Notes: a model not told the origin generated them from the sequence alone. DNA of 64,000 bases from Lingula anatina (GCA_051362555.1 CM120642.1:15686001-15750000); one strand, 5' to 3'; shown: positions 27,201-37,179, numbered from the stretch's first letter. Program-made: numbers and translations.

Positions 27201-29454
27201 TGAATACCATTTTTTTTTTTGTAAAAATAAACGTGAAAAGTGCTTATCTAAGTGTCATGGAACGTTTTCAGACAACAATAATGTAGGTGGCGGTGCTTCC
27301 ACTGAACAATGCATAGATCTGCAAGACTGTCCAGCATACGGTGATAATGTCTGCACAGAATATAAAACTTGGGCTGAGAAGAACTGCCGAAAACACTGTG
27401 GCATCTGTCAGGGTAATTTTTTTTATGGCAGTGACTCCATTTTTTTTTTTGCATAATTATAAGTTAATTATTTTGCTTATTTTTCGTTGAAAAGCGCTTC
27501 TAGTAGCAAAAAGTTATCTGATGGGGAGAGCGGTGTTTGCACTGTATAACTGCATTATTAACTAAATGTTTAGGTATTTATGTATAGAATTGATGAGTAA
27601 TAATCGTGCAAAATGTAATAAGCAACACCACGCGTCCTTCAAATCAAAATGGAACCATTTCAGACACCAGTAATAAAGGTGGCGCAACAAACGAACAGTG
27701 TGCAGATTTACAAGACTGCCCGGCTTACGGTGAAAATGTTTGTACGGAATATAAAAGTTGGGCCGAGAAGAACTGCAGAAAACATTGTGGTTTATGTCAG
27801 GGTAATTTCAGAGTGATGGTTGACCCTTATTTGACTTAGTTTTCATTAGTTGCAGTCGATAACAACACTTCTTTCTCATTCTCTAATTTCCTTTAGGCGC
27901 AGTTATTTAAAATTATTGATTGTGACCTCCTCTGCTCTTTCCCTCTCTCTGCAAATGGAGGCAAAATGCGTCGGAGAAGGACGTGACTCTTGTACCCTTT
28001 TTTTATATTACCCCGATTTCAGTGACAATAAGACTACCAGTAGTTTCCCTAGACCCTCCATGAAGTCATTATTAGAGATAGAGGCTTACAGTGTCTTTGT
28101 TTGATGCTCCTATTTTCCACTAGCTAGCCAGGATTTCAGATGCATTCCCTTTTTATTGATATTTTAATTGAGTTTTTATTCGTCAGACATTTACAATTGT
28201 TCCTTTAAAGGTACCGTTATTCTTGAAAAGCAAAATTTTTTAACGAAAAAATCCAGATTTAATTCTAATATTTTGTACCTTCTTATCTTTTATATGTAAT
28301 TAAGTTTTGCGATCTACAAACATAAACACAGCCTTATATCTGCATTACTTATTATGCCATATGGCGTGCTAAATGCTTTTTCCATTTTGCATTGGTCTCA
28401 GGAAACATAGGTGGCACTACAACAATGCAGATAGGGGGCGCTGCGGGTAATATTCAAGTTGAACAGTGCACAGATCAGGTAGACTGCCCCTCTTACGGGG
28501 ATAATGTCTGCACGGCGTACAAAGCTTGGGCAGAGAAGAACTGCAGAAAACATTGCGGCATTTGCCAGGGTAACTCTGGACATTGTGGTGTCGTGCTGTT
28601 TATTCGTGTTTGTCGTCTGTATAGAACCCCATGTTTGTGTCTGTTGACTCCACTTCTATTTATTCCATGTCTGTCTTTTTGTGCGTCTTCCCGAACAAAA
28701 TCCATCATTCTGTTTGCACCTTAATGTCTTAATTTTCCAACTTCATTCTGTCTGTCTGTTTTATTGTTAGCCTGCTCCAACTTCTATGTGTCTGTACTTA
28801 TGAGTCTATGTGTTAGTCTGTTTGTACATAAACATAGCTGTATGTCCTGTATCCGTGTAGACATCCTATGTGTATTTGTCTAAACGTAGAGTAAAATGGA
28901 ACTGTTAACTTGATTTTGACTTATTTTAATAGTCATGTCCTGTTAGACCAAAAGAATCGTACAATTGTGGTGTTTGCAGCATGATACCAGAGTAAAAAAA
29001 AGATTTCTGCAACCAATTTTTCGAACGTAAATGCAGTCATATTCGACTTATTGCACTGCACTACTACACCTTTGTTTATAATACTTCGTGCACCGAATAT
29101 TTTTATATTTAAGTGCTGTTATACGTGTACATTTTATACAAACGTTTCAAAATTAACCAGATCGCAGTTTGTTTGCTTTTGTTTAGTTTTGTACGCATTT
29201 ACGACAACCGAGTTCTTCTGCTTCCAGGTATTAACCAATCACTTAGAGCGCAACAGAAAAGATCTTTTCTTTTTCGGAATCATCATGTTGGCAACCCTGG
29301 CAACAATTTTGCATGTACATTTGTCAATTTATTCTCGTCTCGTTTTCCAGCGTGTGAAGACAAGGTAGATTGCCCCGCCTACGGAAGTGACGTATGCACT
29401 GCGTACGCCGGATGGGCCAGTACCAACTGTCGTAAACACTGCCGTCTGTGCTAG
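2007..29454 (+). CDS. ADAMTS-like secreted protein (ADAMTS Cys-rich + spacer + 3 TSP1 + 9 ShKT domains); 5'-partial, multi-exon
   Basis: AG/GT-bounded, phase-consistent exons: 2007-2149 (DAQCELSCQAVG..LDGTEC..RCVDAKCM), 13468-13588 (PFGCDGQLNSGKVYDRCGVCDGAGDTC, ADAMTS Cys-rich signature), 14197-14274 (YVPFVTIPTGATGIDV, spacer), 15747-15904, 18625-18766 (WKSKITQCSTSCGTG), 19202-19331, 20707-20911 (WSAGAYGACSQTCGGG), 22016-22157 (CSASCGIG), then ShKT exons 22704-22832, 25896-26198 (two domains + poly-Thr), 26457-26603, 26833-26973, 27272-27412, 27664-27801, 28402-28569, 29351-29454 (TAG). Upstream exons were not found in the window, so a protease domain can be neither confirmed nor excluded. 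Confidence 0.88.
4391..5434 (+). CDS. Class A (rhodopsin-like) peptide GPCR, FMRFamide/sex-peptide-receptor-like, intronless, nested in an intron of the ADAMTS-like gene
   Basis: 347 aa ORF with 7 hydrophobic segments; TM1 GLIGNTLS, TM2 AIAD, TM3 ALDRYMSVCKP, TM4 YNAPR, TM6 FIACQAP, TM7 NSSLNFVIY (NFxxY variant typical of this invertebrate receptor group); N-terminal NGT/NCS sequons. Confidence 0.92.
   Translation: MNGTTQNCSRVEEITVYTFVIHVCLIGSLCTLGLIGNTLSLIVFFRYKARSVTFYLLRPVAIADNVLLLMTIAMMVLPAVYPALGVMELPNREEARITTWAWPLGMTAQTVSIWSLILVALDRYMSVCKPFKAESFRNLKGARIGISVVIIFSVLYNAPRLLEMRPEEMIDACTNTTRYYLENVLLAFPAYRIGYFIVSYTVINIIIPLFVLSYMNVHLIRELRKSRKARCRLRFMSPSLQKEDDLMTKLSILIVIVFIACQAPSLLTQILNVSEDYLDDQTLLFRQYYVPFSNALVVLNSSLNFVIYCVFCSGFRRALIGMFLHKSLEQSNCDSNKYSSVVEETNV
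6458..6517. repeat. (TA)n microsatellite
   Basis: About 30 perfect TA units. Confidence 0.95.
6765..6825. repeat. (CT)n microsatellite, imperfect
   Basis: CT-rich dinucleotide run. Confidence 0.9.
8484..8712. mobile_element. MITE, same family as 10527-10965
   Basis: Shares the ends (CATTCCCA.AGAT..GATCGATCTA / GGGAGTTAGGTCGATC..GTCTTA) and core (GCCGAGCG..AAAGTTAATTACCCC..GACATTTAAGC) of the 10.5-11 kb elements. Confidence 0.7.
9230..9335. repeat. Dispersed repeat, second copy at ~37010-37107
   Basis: TTCACGCAACAA.TATATGCATAAACTTTATAA..TTGACGATGGGC..TGCC.ATGGTTACC.GCA.TCATCCTTT occurs at both sites. Confidence 0.75.
10276..10529. mobile_element. MITE with terminal inverted repeats, PIF/Harbinger-like (TAA/TTA flanks)
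   Basis: Left end TAAGGGCTCATATCCAATGAAATTATCGTT matches the reverse complement of the right end, TTAGGTCTCATTCCCAATGAAACTATCGTT. Confidence 0.7.
10527..10965. mobile_element. Two ~220 bp MITE copies in inverted orientation (10527-10747, 10745-10965) forming a ~440 bp imperfect palindrome
   Basis: The second half is the reverse complement of the first (AACCTAACTCCCTGGGG..TCAGCCGAGCGGGTACGAAAGTTAATT vs AATTAACTTTCGTGCCCGCTCGGCTGA..CCCCAGGGAGTTAGGT). Each copy has TIRs ending GGGAATGGGGTCTTA, and they are joined at a shared TTA. Confidence 0.8.
11144..11369. mobile_element. Short non-autonomous DNA element with GC-rich TIRs
   Basis: Starts CAGGGGCGGATCCAGGA and ends CTAAATCCGCCACTG (imperfect inverted repeat); internal poly-G tracts. 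No clear target-site duplication. Confidence 0.6.
15516..15546. repeat. (CA)n microsatellite
   Basis: Perfect CA run. Confidence 0.9.
17370..17527. repeat. Dispersed intronic repeat, second copy at ~21838-21985
   Basis: AAAAGTCCTAGGT..TCATTCAT..TTGTTCCAAAACA.TTTC..CAATATT..AAAGAAA..CGAATTTGAA occurs at both sites. Confidence 0.65.
19517..19566. repeat. (CA)n microsatellite, interrupted
   Basis: CA run with a few substitutions. Confidence 0.9.
22870..23220 (-). mobile_element. Degenerate tRNA-headed SINE
   Basis: The minus strand begins TAGTGTAGT..AGTGTCCACCTCCTGAGCGGG..GGGTTTGACCCC (A/B-box-like), then CATACCGG..GGTACCTGATGGCTC..GCACTTAGGAATGG and an AT-rich tail, a layout typical of invertebrate SINEs. 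Confidence 0.45.
24378..25718 (-). mobile_element. Tc1/mariner DNA transposon, degenerate (frameshifted transposase), intronic
   Basis: TIRs CAGGGTTACTGCTTAATATGAAAT (24378) and ATTCCGTATTAAGTAGTAACCCTG+TA (25718). Minus-strand frames give the HTH region MVRQLSNAAYNGILAVRENGQKRTAIAREFN..GCPRITTRRQDR..KPLLT..RRLQWA..HWNHVGFGDEGR (Tc1 WxxVxFSDES motif). Confidence 0.85.
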
Positions 29455-31609
29455 TAAGTGGAATTGTACCGTTTTAGATGTGACAGCACCTATTGTGAAA
29501 AATCACTAAAGAATGCCACATTAACAGTTGGTGCTATGGTTTATCGTTTAGAATAAAGCCATTTAGATTTAAAGCTGATTTTGAATAATTAATTTGTATA
29601 GACTTAAGCTTTTGTAAAACGCAAACTTGGAACTATGGCTATAAAAACATAGTCTTACGTTTTTTAGAACCAACCCAGGAATCGTGTCAAAGACACAGAA
29701 AAAAATATTCGCCGTGTGCATTTGATTTCAATTAACTTCTTCAGTCGTCAAAACTCACTTTGGGATTATTTTATTGTAGGTCAGGTTGACGCTAAGAACA
29801 TCATCCAGAATTATCTTCCCACTTACTGCTGAAACCATTAAGATAGGTGAACAGTTTGCTTAAGATGCCCAAGTAGATAGGCCGATATTACTTACAAGGG
29901 AAAGGATGAAGGAATGCCACAATGTGACCTTTCAAGACCGTATAGTGCAGCTGCTGATTAACTGTGTGTAGGAAACTGTTGCATTATAGTTGCATTAGTT
30001 GCATTATTATATGGACCTTTAGACGATTGTCTTTAAAACGTTTCCCCAAAGGAAATTCAAAATTAGTGAACGTGTAAAGGCATTTTATTTCCTATAGTAT
30101 CAGCTTTAGTGATCTAAGCTTGGTATTTTGTGAACTTGCGCTTCTAGATACATTTGGATTTTTTTGTGAAATGTTTTTCATTTAAATTGTGATTGACGCT
30201 GTCAATTTTATAAATGCATGATACATCATGCAATTCTTAAACTGTGATTCCATGCCTACCAATATTAATATTGTTCGATGTGTCTAGGTAAAACGAAGGA
30301 GATGAAAGCAATAATTCCCCTTTCCACAATTCAAAAGCAGTGCCAATAATTAAAATTGTACCGTTTTAGGAAAAATTAACGCGATATACAGCACGTTATA
30401 TTTGTTACCAATGATTTATTTATGACTGTATAGCTTCTTTGCATAAACAAAAGCCACAAGAAAAATGGTTTCCAAAGAATAAAAAACGTAAATGTGAGGA
30501 TATTAGGTATGTAGTTTCTATTTCTGTCTTGGGCATTGCTTCTAAATACAAAAGAAACAGGGAACATAAGATTAGTCGCTTAAATTTCTTTTGACTTGTA
30601 GAAGACACACATTTTATTGTAAAATGACCGTGTTTTTAATCAAAACGGAGCATTAGCGGAAGCTGTAATGGATACATATTCAAGAAACCTTTAGTACTAA
30701 ATTTGTAAAGTTTTCAAAACATGATGGAGAAAAGTATGTTAATTTTTTGGAAAAAAGATGACACGTTGTCTTCGTGCTGTCTCAATTTTGCGACTATTTA
30801 CGACTAATTTGACATCAGGTGACATTGCTTAATGTTTTTCGGATTTTTGAAACAATGTTAAAAATGGCGAATAAAAGTGGTCTTCGCCCAAACTTTTGTC
30901 ACTCTTTGTTACATGTATGTTAGTTGACTTAAATGATAAGCTATAAATCCGCAACAAGAAATATTCAGGTCTGTAATGGGGATGGAAAATAAGTTTGTTC
31001 TATGCATGTACCATCTAATTATAGGTAGTTCGTTAGTCAGTCACGGTATACATCTTTATGCAAAGCAGATCTAGCTTTCACAAAACGTTTTCTGTTTCGT
31101 CTTTAGTTTTTACAAACTGACCCTTCCACGAGTGTGTTTTTTTTTTTTTTGCAAATTTTCATTTGCGTTGTACAAGTCTTGTCATTTTTCAAACCTGCAT
31201 GCATATACGCTATCGCGTTTCACAACTATCGCAATTGTAGCTCCTTTCATACTTGACTTTTATGAATGCTTAAGTTTATGTCTGGAATCAATTGTTTCCA
31301 ATGCCAGTGACTTGGTGGGGCGTCTTTTTTACGCATGGGCAACAATTACATACTAGAAAAGAGCAATACGAGAACAAACTACCCAGACAGCTCTGATGTT
31401 CATGTGTCATGTGCCGGCATGTTAGAATTTCTTATGGAATTAAACAAAGCAATACAGTTCAGATGCACTGGGGTCTGCTTTGTTCGATTGCGTTAGTTAG
31501 GACATACACACCCACCGTTGTGTTCTGGCCGATGACAAAGCAGGTGCTACAAAGTACTGCGCAGTAGCCAATAATATACTCACCTTTCATGCTAAACGAA
31601 AGAAGGTCA

Positions 31610-31615
31610 TCAGTT
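31610..31615 (+). promoter_or_regulatory. Candidate initiator (TCAGTT) of TPR-toxin gene A; also at 46013-46018 and 56529-56534
   Basis: TCAGTT (TCAKTY Inr consensus) is conserved about 70-90 bp upstream of the ATG in all three paralogs, preceded by a conserved ACGAAAG.AGG. Confidence 0.35.
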
Positions 31616-31682
31616 CAATTGACGCCATTAAACTCGAATTTTCTCACTGTGAAGATAAAAGGTTTCTTTGCCGTGGAGTATA

Positions 31683-33014
31683 ATGTCAAAGGGAGGGGCA
31701 GCACCAGCAGCTAGTGGAGGTGGAGGATCCGCTTTTCAGGCTGGCATGAGCACTTTTACAAGCTGTAACAAAGCGGGATCTATTCCTCATTTCAACCAGC
31801 ACCTTGCAGAATACCCGGATGATTTCAATGCTCTGTGGTATCGTGGTACAGCCCACGCCATTGTTAGACAGTCTGCAGAGGCGTTGAGTGATTTCAGGCA
31901 GGCAGAACGCGTCGGTTCCAGCGCAGAGAAAGAGGCCGTGGTGGCTTTATTACAGGGATTACAGGGCAATAGCAAAGACCGCCGCCAAATTCTACAAAGA
32001 GGAGTGCAAAGGTACCCTGATAGTGGCCTTCTCTGGCAGGAGTACGGGAGCTGTATGTCGAGTGATAATAACTTTTCAGAAGCCAAAAAAGGACATCTGA
32101 ATGCAATTGCACTCAAATACCCGTTCGCATATTATTCGCATTTTGGATTGGGAGAACTGTACAGAAGAGAAGACAAAAAGCAAGACGCAGTGCAGCAATA
32201 CGAGACTGCTATCAGAATGTGTCCTACTCTCACGATTGCCCATCTGAAGTTGGGGGAGTTGTTAGAAGAGGGAGGTAAGACGCGCGCTGCCTTGCCTTAT
32301 TATGAGAGGGCGAAAACGTTAAACCCAGTTCTGTATGAAAAATGGGAAAGGGGACGAAAGCTTCTGGAGACATTTGAAAAATGCATTTCGGCTTTTAGTT
32401 TCTTGCTCCAAACGGAAGACGAGAACAGCACAAAGCAGCCGTATCGAGGGCCATTTTCCACTCTGCTTGATGCATCAGCCAAAGTGAACCGACCTGCATC
32501 AAGCTTTCGGCCACGCAGGTTGTTCACCAGAGATGGAGCAGAAGGCGGGACAGTTTGGGCAGGAGGTGGGAGAGGTGGGACAGGAGGTGGGAGAGGTGAG
32601 ACAGGAGGTGGGAGAGGTGGGGCAGGAGGTGGAAGAGGTGGGACAGGAGGTGGGAGAGGTGGGAGAAGGGGTTGGGGCAACGGCAGTGGTAGTGATGATA
32701 ATGATGATGAATGTCCAGAGAACATTTTTCACCCCGAAGAAGAAATGGATCCAAATTGGAATTTCAAATATAACGGACAAAGAATCTACAAAATCGGCAA
32801 ATTATGTTACATCAAAGATAGGGCCGGAGACAGAGGTCATGCTGGATCGTATTGGAAAGTGTATGATTACTACCCAAGCAAGCTCGTGTTGTCCTACTCC
32901 GTGGATAAGTACGGAAAGCGCATTAACAAGCACGAGTCCAACAAAGGGCATACCATCCGGACGAAGGATCTTGTTGGCTGCGAACCACTGAAGAAGAAAT
33001 CTAAGCGTAAATGA
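31683..33014 (+). CDS. TPR-repeat protein with RGG/acidic linker and C-terminal polymorphic-toxin-like (Ntox35-like) putative RNase domain, paralog A (443 aa)
   Basis: Intronless ORF. ATG at 31683 is fixed by alignment with paralogs (MSKGGAAPAA). About 5 TPR-like helical pairs (ALWYRGTAH..AEALSDF; LWQEYG..SEAKK; HFGLGELY..QDAVQQYETAIRMCP; AHLKLGELLEEGG..ALPYYERAKTLNP); C-terminus DRGHAGSYWKV..VDKYGKRINKHESNKG. The ORF is secure; the toxin call is motif recall. Confidence 0.85.
   Translation: MSKGGAAPAASGGGGSAFQAGMSTFTSCNKAGSIPHFNQHLAEYPDDFNALWYRGTAHAIVRQSAEALSDFRQAERVGSSAEKEAVVALLQGLQGNSKDRRQILQRGVQRYPDSGLLWQEYGSCMSSDNNFSEAKKGHLNAIALKYPFAYYSHFGLGELYRREDKKQDAVQQYETAIRMCPTLTIAHLKLGELLEEGGKTRAALPYYERAKTLNPVLYEKWERGRKLLETFEKCISAFSFLLQTEDENSTKQPYRGPFSTLLDASAKVNRPASSFRPRRLFTRDGAEGGTVWAGGGRGGTGGGRGETGGGRGGAGGGRGGTGGGRGGRRGWGNGSGSDDNDDECPENIFHPEEEMDPNWNFKYNGQRIYKIGKLCYIKDRAGDRGHAGSYWKVYDYYPSKLVLSYSVDKYGKRINKHESNKGHTIRTKDLVGCEPLKKKSKRK
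32562..32666 (+). repeat. Coding 21 bp tandem repeat (GGAGGTGGGAGAGGTGGGACA) x5, encoding (GGGRGGT/A)n
   Basis: Directly visible in the DNA and in the translation GGGRGGT-GGGRGET-GGGRGGA-GGGRGGT-GGGRGGR. Confidence 0.9.
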
Positions 33015-35229
33015 CACTCGTTCCACTGTTCCTCATCCGTCCTTTACACCGCTTCTTTGCATGAAGTTTTAAAAATGTTGACTTAAATACAACAGACAAA
33101 GGGCTTACTTTGGACAAATGGTATAACGGCTTTTTGGAACATAACAATCGGGTTCTTGGTGTACAGGTGTCAGAATTCAAGATACCTTAATTATTTGTGA
33201 TCTCTAGGTGACATTAAAATAATACAAACATTTACGGTAAGTCGCATTGCTTCTATGTCACAGTATCGCAAATACATATTGCATGTATTCATGCTTGTAT
33301 AATTTGTTGGTCGCCATGCGTTTTACTAAACTGATCAAATTTATTCTCAAAAATTGTTGCTGCCAAATTCATATATTGAACTACTATTATACACTGTAGT
33401 TTTAGCGCACTTAGACGTAGTACTGATAATGATCGAGAGAGCCGGAGAGCAAATGAAATATGGATATCGGTTTTCTTTTAAATCGTGTTTCGTTAACTTT
33501 GTGTGGTAAATGAACTTCAGATTAACCTTTATATCTGTATATCAATGTAGTATTAATTACTAATATACTAGTATGGCTAAATGACTAATGTACTGTATTA
33601 ATTGTAATAACTACAAGATCCTTGAAGTCAAGAATAAGAAGTGGCAAATGATTTAAGATTAATAGTATTAAAAATAATTGTTATATAATTGGTAAAGAAT
33701 ACGATGTTAGTGCCTATATGTATGTCGTATTTTAATAGATCGCGTTGAGAAATGCATACAAGAAAAAATATTGTCGAGTACGGAGAAATCCGAGTAGTTC
33801 TTAATGGGAAGAATGGGGTATATCGGCCTTAACCTTGACAAACATTATTTTAACCTTGGTCAGATAAATACAACAACCGAGGTGGTCTCTTGTATACGTC
33901 TCTTTATTTTTTCGTGTTTTCCCTGAAATAGTTTTTTAATAGGTAAACGATGTCTGTTACTACAGCTGTTGCAAAAAGCCTAGAGCTGCTCTGGCATTTC
34001 CAGCTGTTCTAATACAATTTCAAAATTTGCAGAATCTTCCCAGCATGCCGACATTATCAACCACAAAGCAAAAAGAGAAAGCCAATACGCGTCGACGAAG
34101 TGTCATCACGCGTACACGGCTGGTTGCAACATCATGGAAGAATGCAATCGGTAGTCCTCGGCTGACTCCGCAAGCTTGATTATAAGGGAAAACACACACA
34201 CACACACAAAAAAAAAAAAAAATACAGAGACGTACATGTAGCTGCACATGTAAAATAGGAATACGTGTAGCAGAAGACCATTGGGCAAATATTGTACAGT
34301 TTACTGTCAAAGTTTTATGTAGAAGCGTGAAATAAAAAGGTGAAAGGATGAGTGCTGATAAGAGGGTAAAGGTGCCCACCTTTGTACATGAAAAATGAAT
34401 TGTGAATAAAAAAATATATACTAAATTAAAATTAAGGACTTACAATTTTATGATCCACTGTAATTTTTTTTATATTGAAATATCATAAATTAATGTCAAA
34501 ATGACCTTGTCAAATATTCCTAAACAAGTGTGTTTTAGGGGAGTTCTGAAATACATTTCTACATTTCTATAGTAGTAAGGTGACAACTGTGAAATTTTAT
34601 AATTGGGTACACAAGGTGCCAGTTCAAAAAAGAAAGGCAATAAGTGGCCAATCAATGCTTGTGATCAATATTTTGATTTCTTTATTCTTCATGTACTGCT
34701 TATTGATTGAAGAATCACACAATGACTTGAGGATAAAAGATGTTCATTTTTATGAGCCCCTGCCTTACTGTACGATCTTCAAAAACTTTTATCCCATGGG
34801 CTTTATCAAGTTTTAAGAACTGAGGAATTTATTAACTTTTATGTGTATCGAATCATTTTAACACAAGTATAGTTTAAGTTGTGTATCTCACCACTACTTG
34901 TTTTTATTGTAAAATCCAACTTTTTAAGTTGCAGATAAATACAGACTTGACATTTAATATGGAATGTTTTTTTCGAAATAATTTTTTATCAGTTTTTTCC
35001 TATTTTGCTGACTGATAAATGAAAATAAGGATTAAAATCGTGTTTTAATAACTTTAAATTATCTCTTTGATGTCATTGTGACATCAGTTTATTTATGGAA
35101 TTCGCCAGAGAAGCAAACAAAAACACATTGCCTACTCTATGTCATACGACAACCATTAAAAGAGATATTTTGGATCTCCATATTTTACAAATTATCGTAT
35201 GTAAAAGGGTAATACGCTCCACAGAAGAC

Positions 35230-36250
35230 CCTCATGTCAGTTGCTAGTCACAGTAATGGTCGTTGTAACGCCTGGCCTCTACGTGGCTGTTGCCAGCGCT
35301 CTCAAGCGGCAAGGCATTTCTTGGGGGTAGGTTTTTAGAGTTCAATCTGGAATAGCATTCCAGGCAACGGTCTAAAATTGTCCAATCTGGTCCAGTTTTG
35401 TTGTAGGACATGTAGGCAGTTGATTGGTGAGTAATGGTCTACCGAAACATTGTGTATGTGGTTCAAATGTGGCGATTTTGATGACCAGGGTAGCTACTCA
35501 TTCCCTTGGTTCTGTAAGTTATCTACTATTAAAAGTGTTCTGTGTGAACCTGCAACCTCATCGTGCAACCTAGAATTGTTCCTAAGGTGCCCCCTATCAA
35601 ATGATAGACAAGTGGTTCCGAGATTATTCCTTTATTTGATCTGGTTCAGGTTTTCGTCGATGACTACCATTGGTGTTTTGGCACCAATGTGGAATCTACT
35701 CCAAATACTGGCGCTGTCAATCACCCTTGTCACTTTAGACCCGGCATATGCTTCGTCGTAGGCCTCTTCTGGATATCTGTAAACTCTGTTTTGACTAATT
35801 GGGCGGTACAGGTGAGATCTGACCTCAATAAAGAAAGCCACGCAGTTTCATTGTTCTACCCAGAATCGTTCATGGCCCCCAATTCATTAGAGAAACAGAC
35901 GACGATGTTTTGCTGTATACAGTGGGTACCTCGGAGGTCATTTGGTGTTCTTACCTGGTAAAACCAGTTTGGTGTTCGCTAAGGGCTTTAAAAAACGCAT
36001 TTTAGTGGCAATTTACCCCTCGTTCTGATCGGACTAAGTGTTTTTTGTTTAGTTGCAGCAGCGTATCCCGAAAGACAGTTGGTCCTGTACCCTGTAGGTA
36101 AAATTGTGATACATTGGGGGTGTCCTCTGTGTAGGCACATCAGTCTGGGCATTACTCTATAAAACTGTGGGGACCGTTCCGTTTGGCGCTATGATCTGTC
36201 TGGTTATGTCTGTCTTTTTCGCGCCATTCTGCCTTAGATTAACACATGTG
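35230..36250 (-). mobile_element. Highly degenerate Tc1/mariner transposase relic
   Basis: Broken minus-strand frames read QNGAKKTDITRQI (HTH), NCVAFFIEVR (from WxxVxFSDESR), IGAKTPMVVIDENLN and LPWSSKSPHLNHIHNV (from WPSxSPDLNPIEN). Ends not resolved. Confidence 0.7.
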
Positions 36251-37179
36251 TAATGCACTACTTGACTCATCTTACGCACTGCAAAACTGACCGCTTGCAT
36301 GCAAAATTTCAAATTTTTCTATGCAGTAGTTGCCGAAATATGGATACTTTTTTGACAGAACCAAGCTTTGCCTAAGCCAAGCTTTGATCAGCCCAAAGGA
36401 ACACTACCCAATTAAATCACTGCACATTACATAATGTAGCAGAGCAATAGGCATGAAAGTCAGTTAATTGGTAGTGACACACCTGACTGCACACTTTTAC
36501 ATTCACAAATCTTATATGAGATCAGATTTTTAAAAAAAAAGAACGTATTTTTACCTAGGTATACCTTCGAAACTGAAATATTCCATATTAAATGTCAAGT
36601 CTGTACATATTATTAGACAAGCTAATTATTCATGATTGAAAAGACATGAATATATGAATATAAGGTGAGATATATATATGAAAATCAGCTTGTCTTAGGG
36701 TTGGGCTTGATATCTCCTCAAACTTATGTGGACATTCTCAGTCCATATGCTAGCAGTCAGCCATGTTAACTCCAGTCCTGAGGTAGCTGCTACATGCTTA
36801 AACAGGATGGGTAGCCAGACAAAGTGTATCTTTTGTACAAAAAGAACAACCCCCCAAAAACGTTGGTCTTTGAAAGGGAAGCAGGGGTTAAAATTAGTAA
36901 AATATTCTCAGTTGCAAACAGAAAAAGAAAATCCATATTTTCATGTAATGCATGCTGAAGGGGAAAATATGGATGAGTCTAAATGAAGTTAGTATATTTT
37001 TTCTATTATTATTCACGCAACAATTATATGCATAAACTTTATAAAAGTAAATTATCTTAAAATTTGACGATGGGCCCTTTGCCAATGGTTACCAGCACTC
37101 ATCCTTTACAAGAAGACGACTTTAGCTTCCATTCGCTATGCGCTTAATGGGCTAATGGGCATTTACAAACGATGAACGG

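Noticed and set aside
26833-28569. Regularly spaced similar ~140 bp units that superficially resemble a CRISPR-like or satellite array
   Set aside because: They are spliceable ShKT exons separated by introns in a eukaryotic gene; no cas genes and no short identical repeats.
31668-31682. ORF-track start of paralog A at TTG 31668 (448 aa)
   Set aside because: Non-ATG start. In B and C the equivalent upstream frame is closed by TAA (GGAGTAATAATG), so the shared ATG at 31683 is the likely start.
32300-32991. Overlapping Pro-rich, His/Leu-rich and (EVGQEVG)n ORFs, and their counterparts near 46.7 and 57.2 kb
   Set aside because: Alternative-frame and antisense shadows of the G-rich 21 bp linker repeat; no independent evidence of coding.
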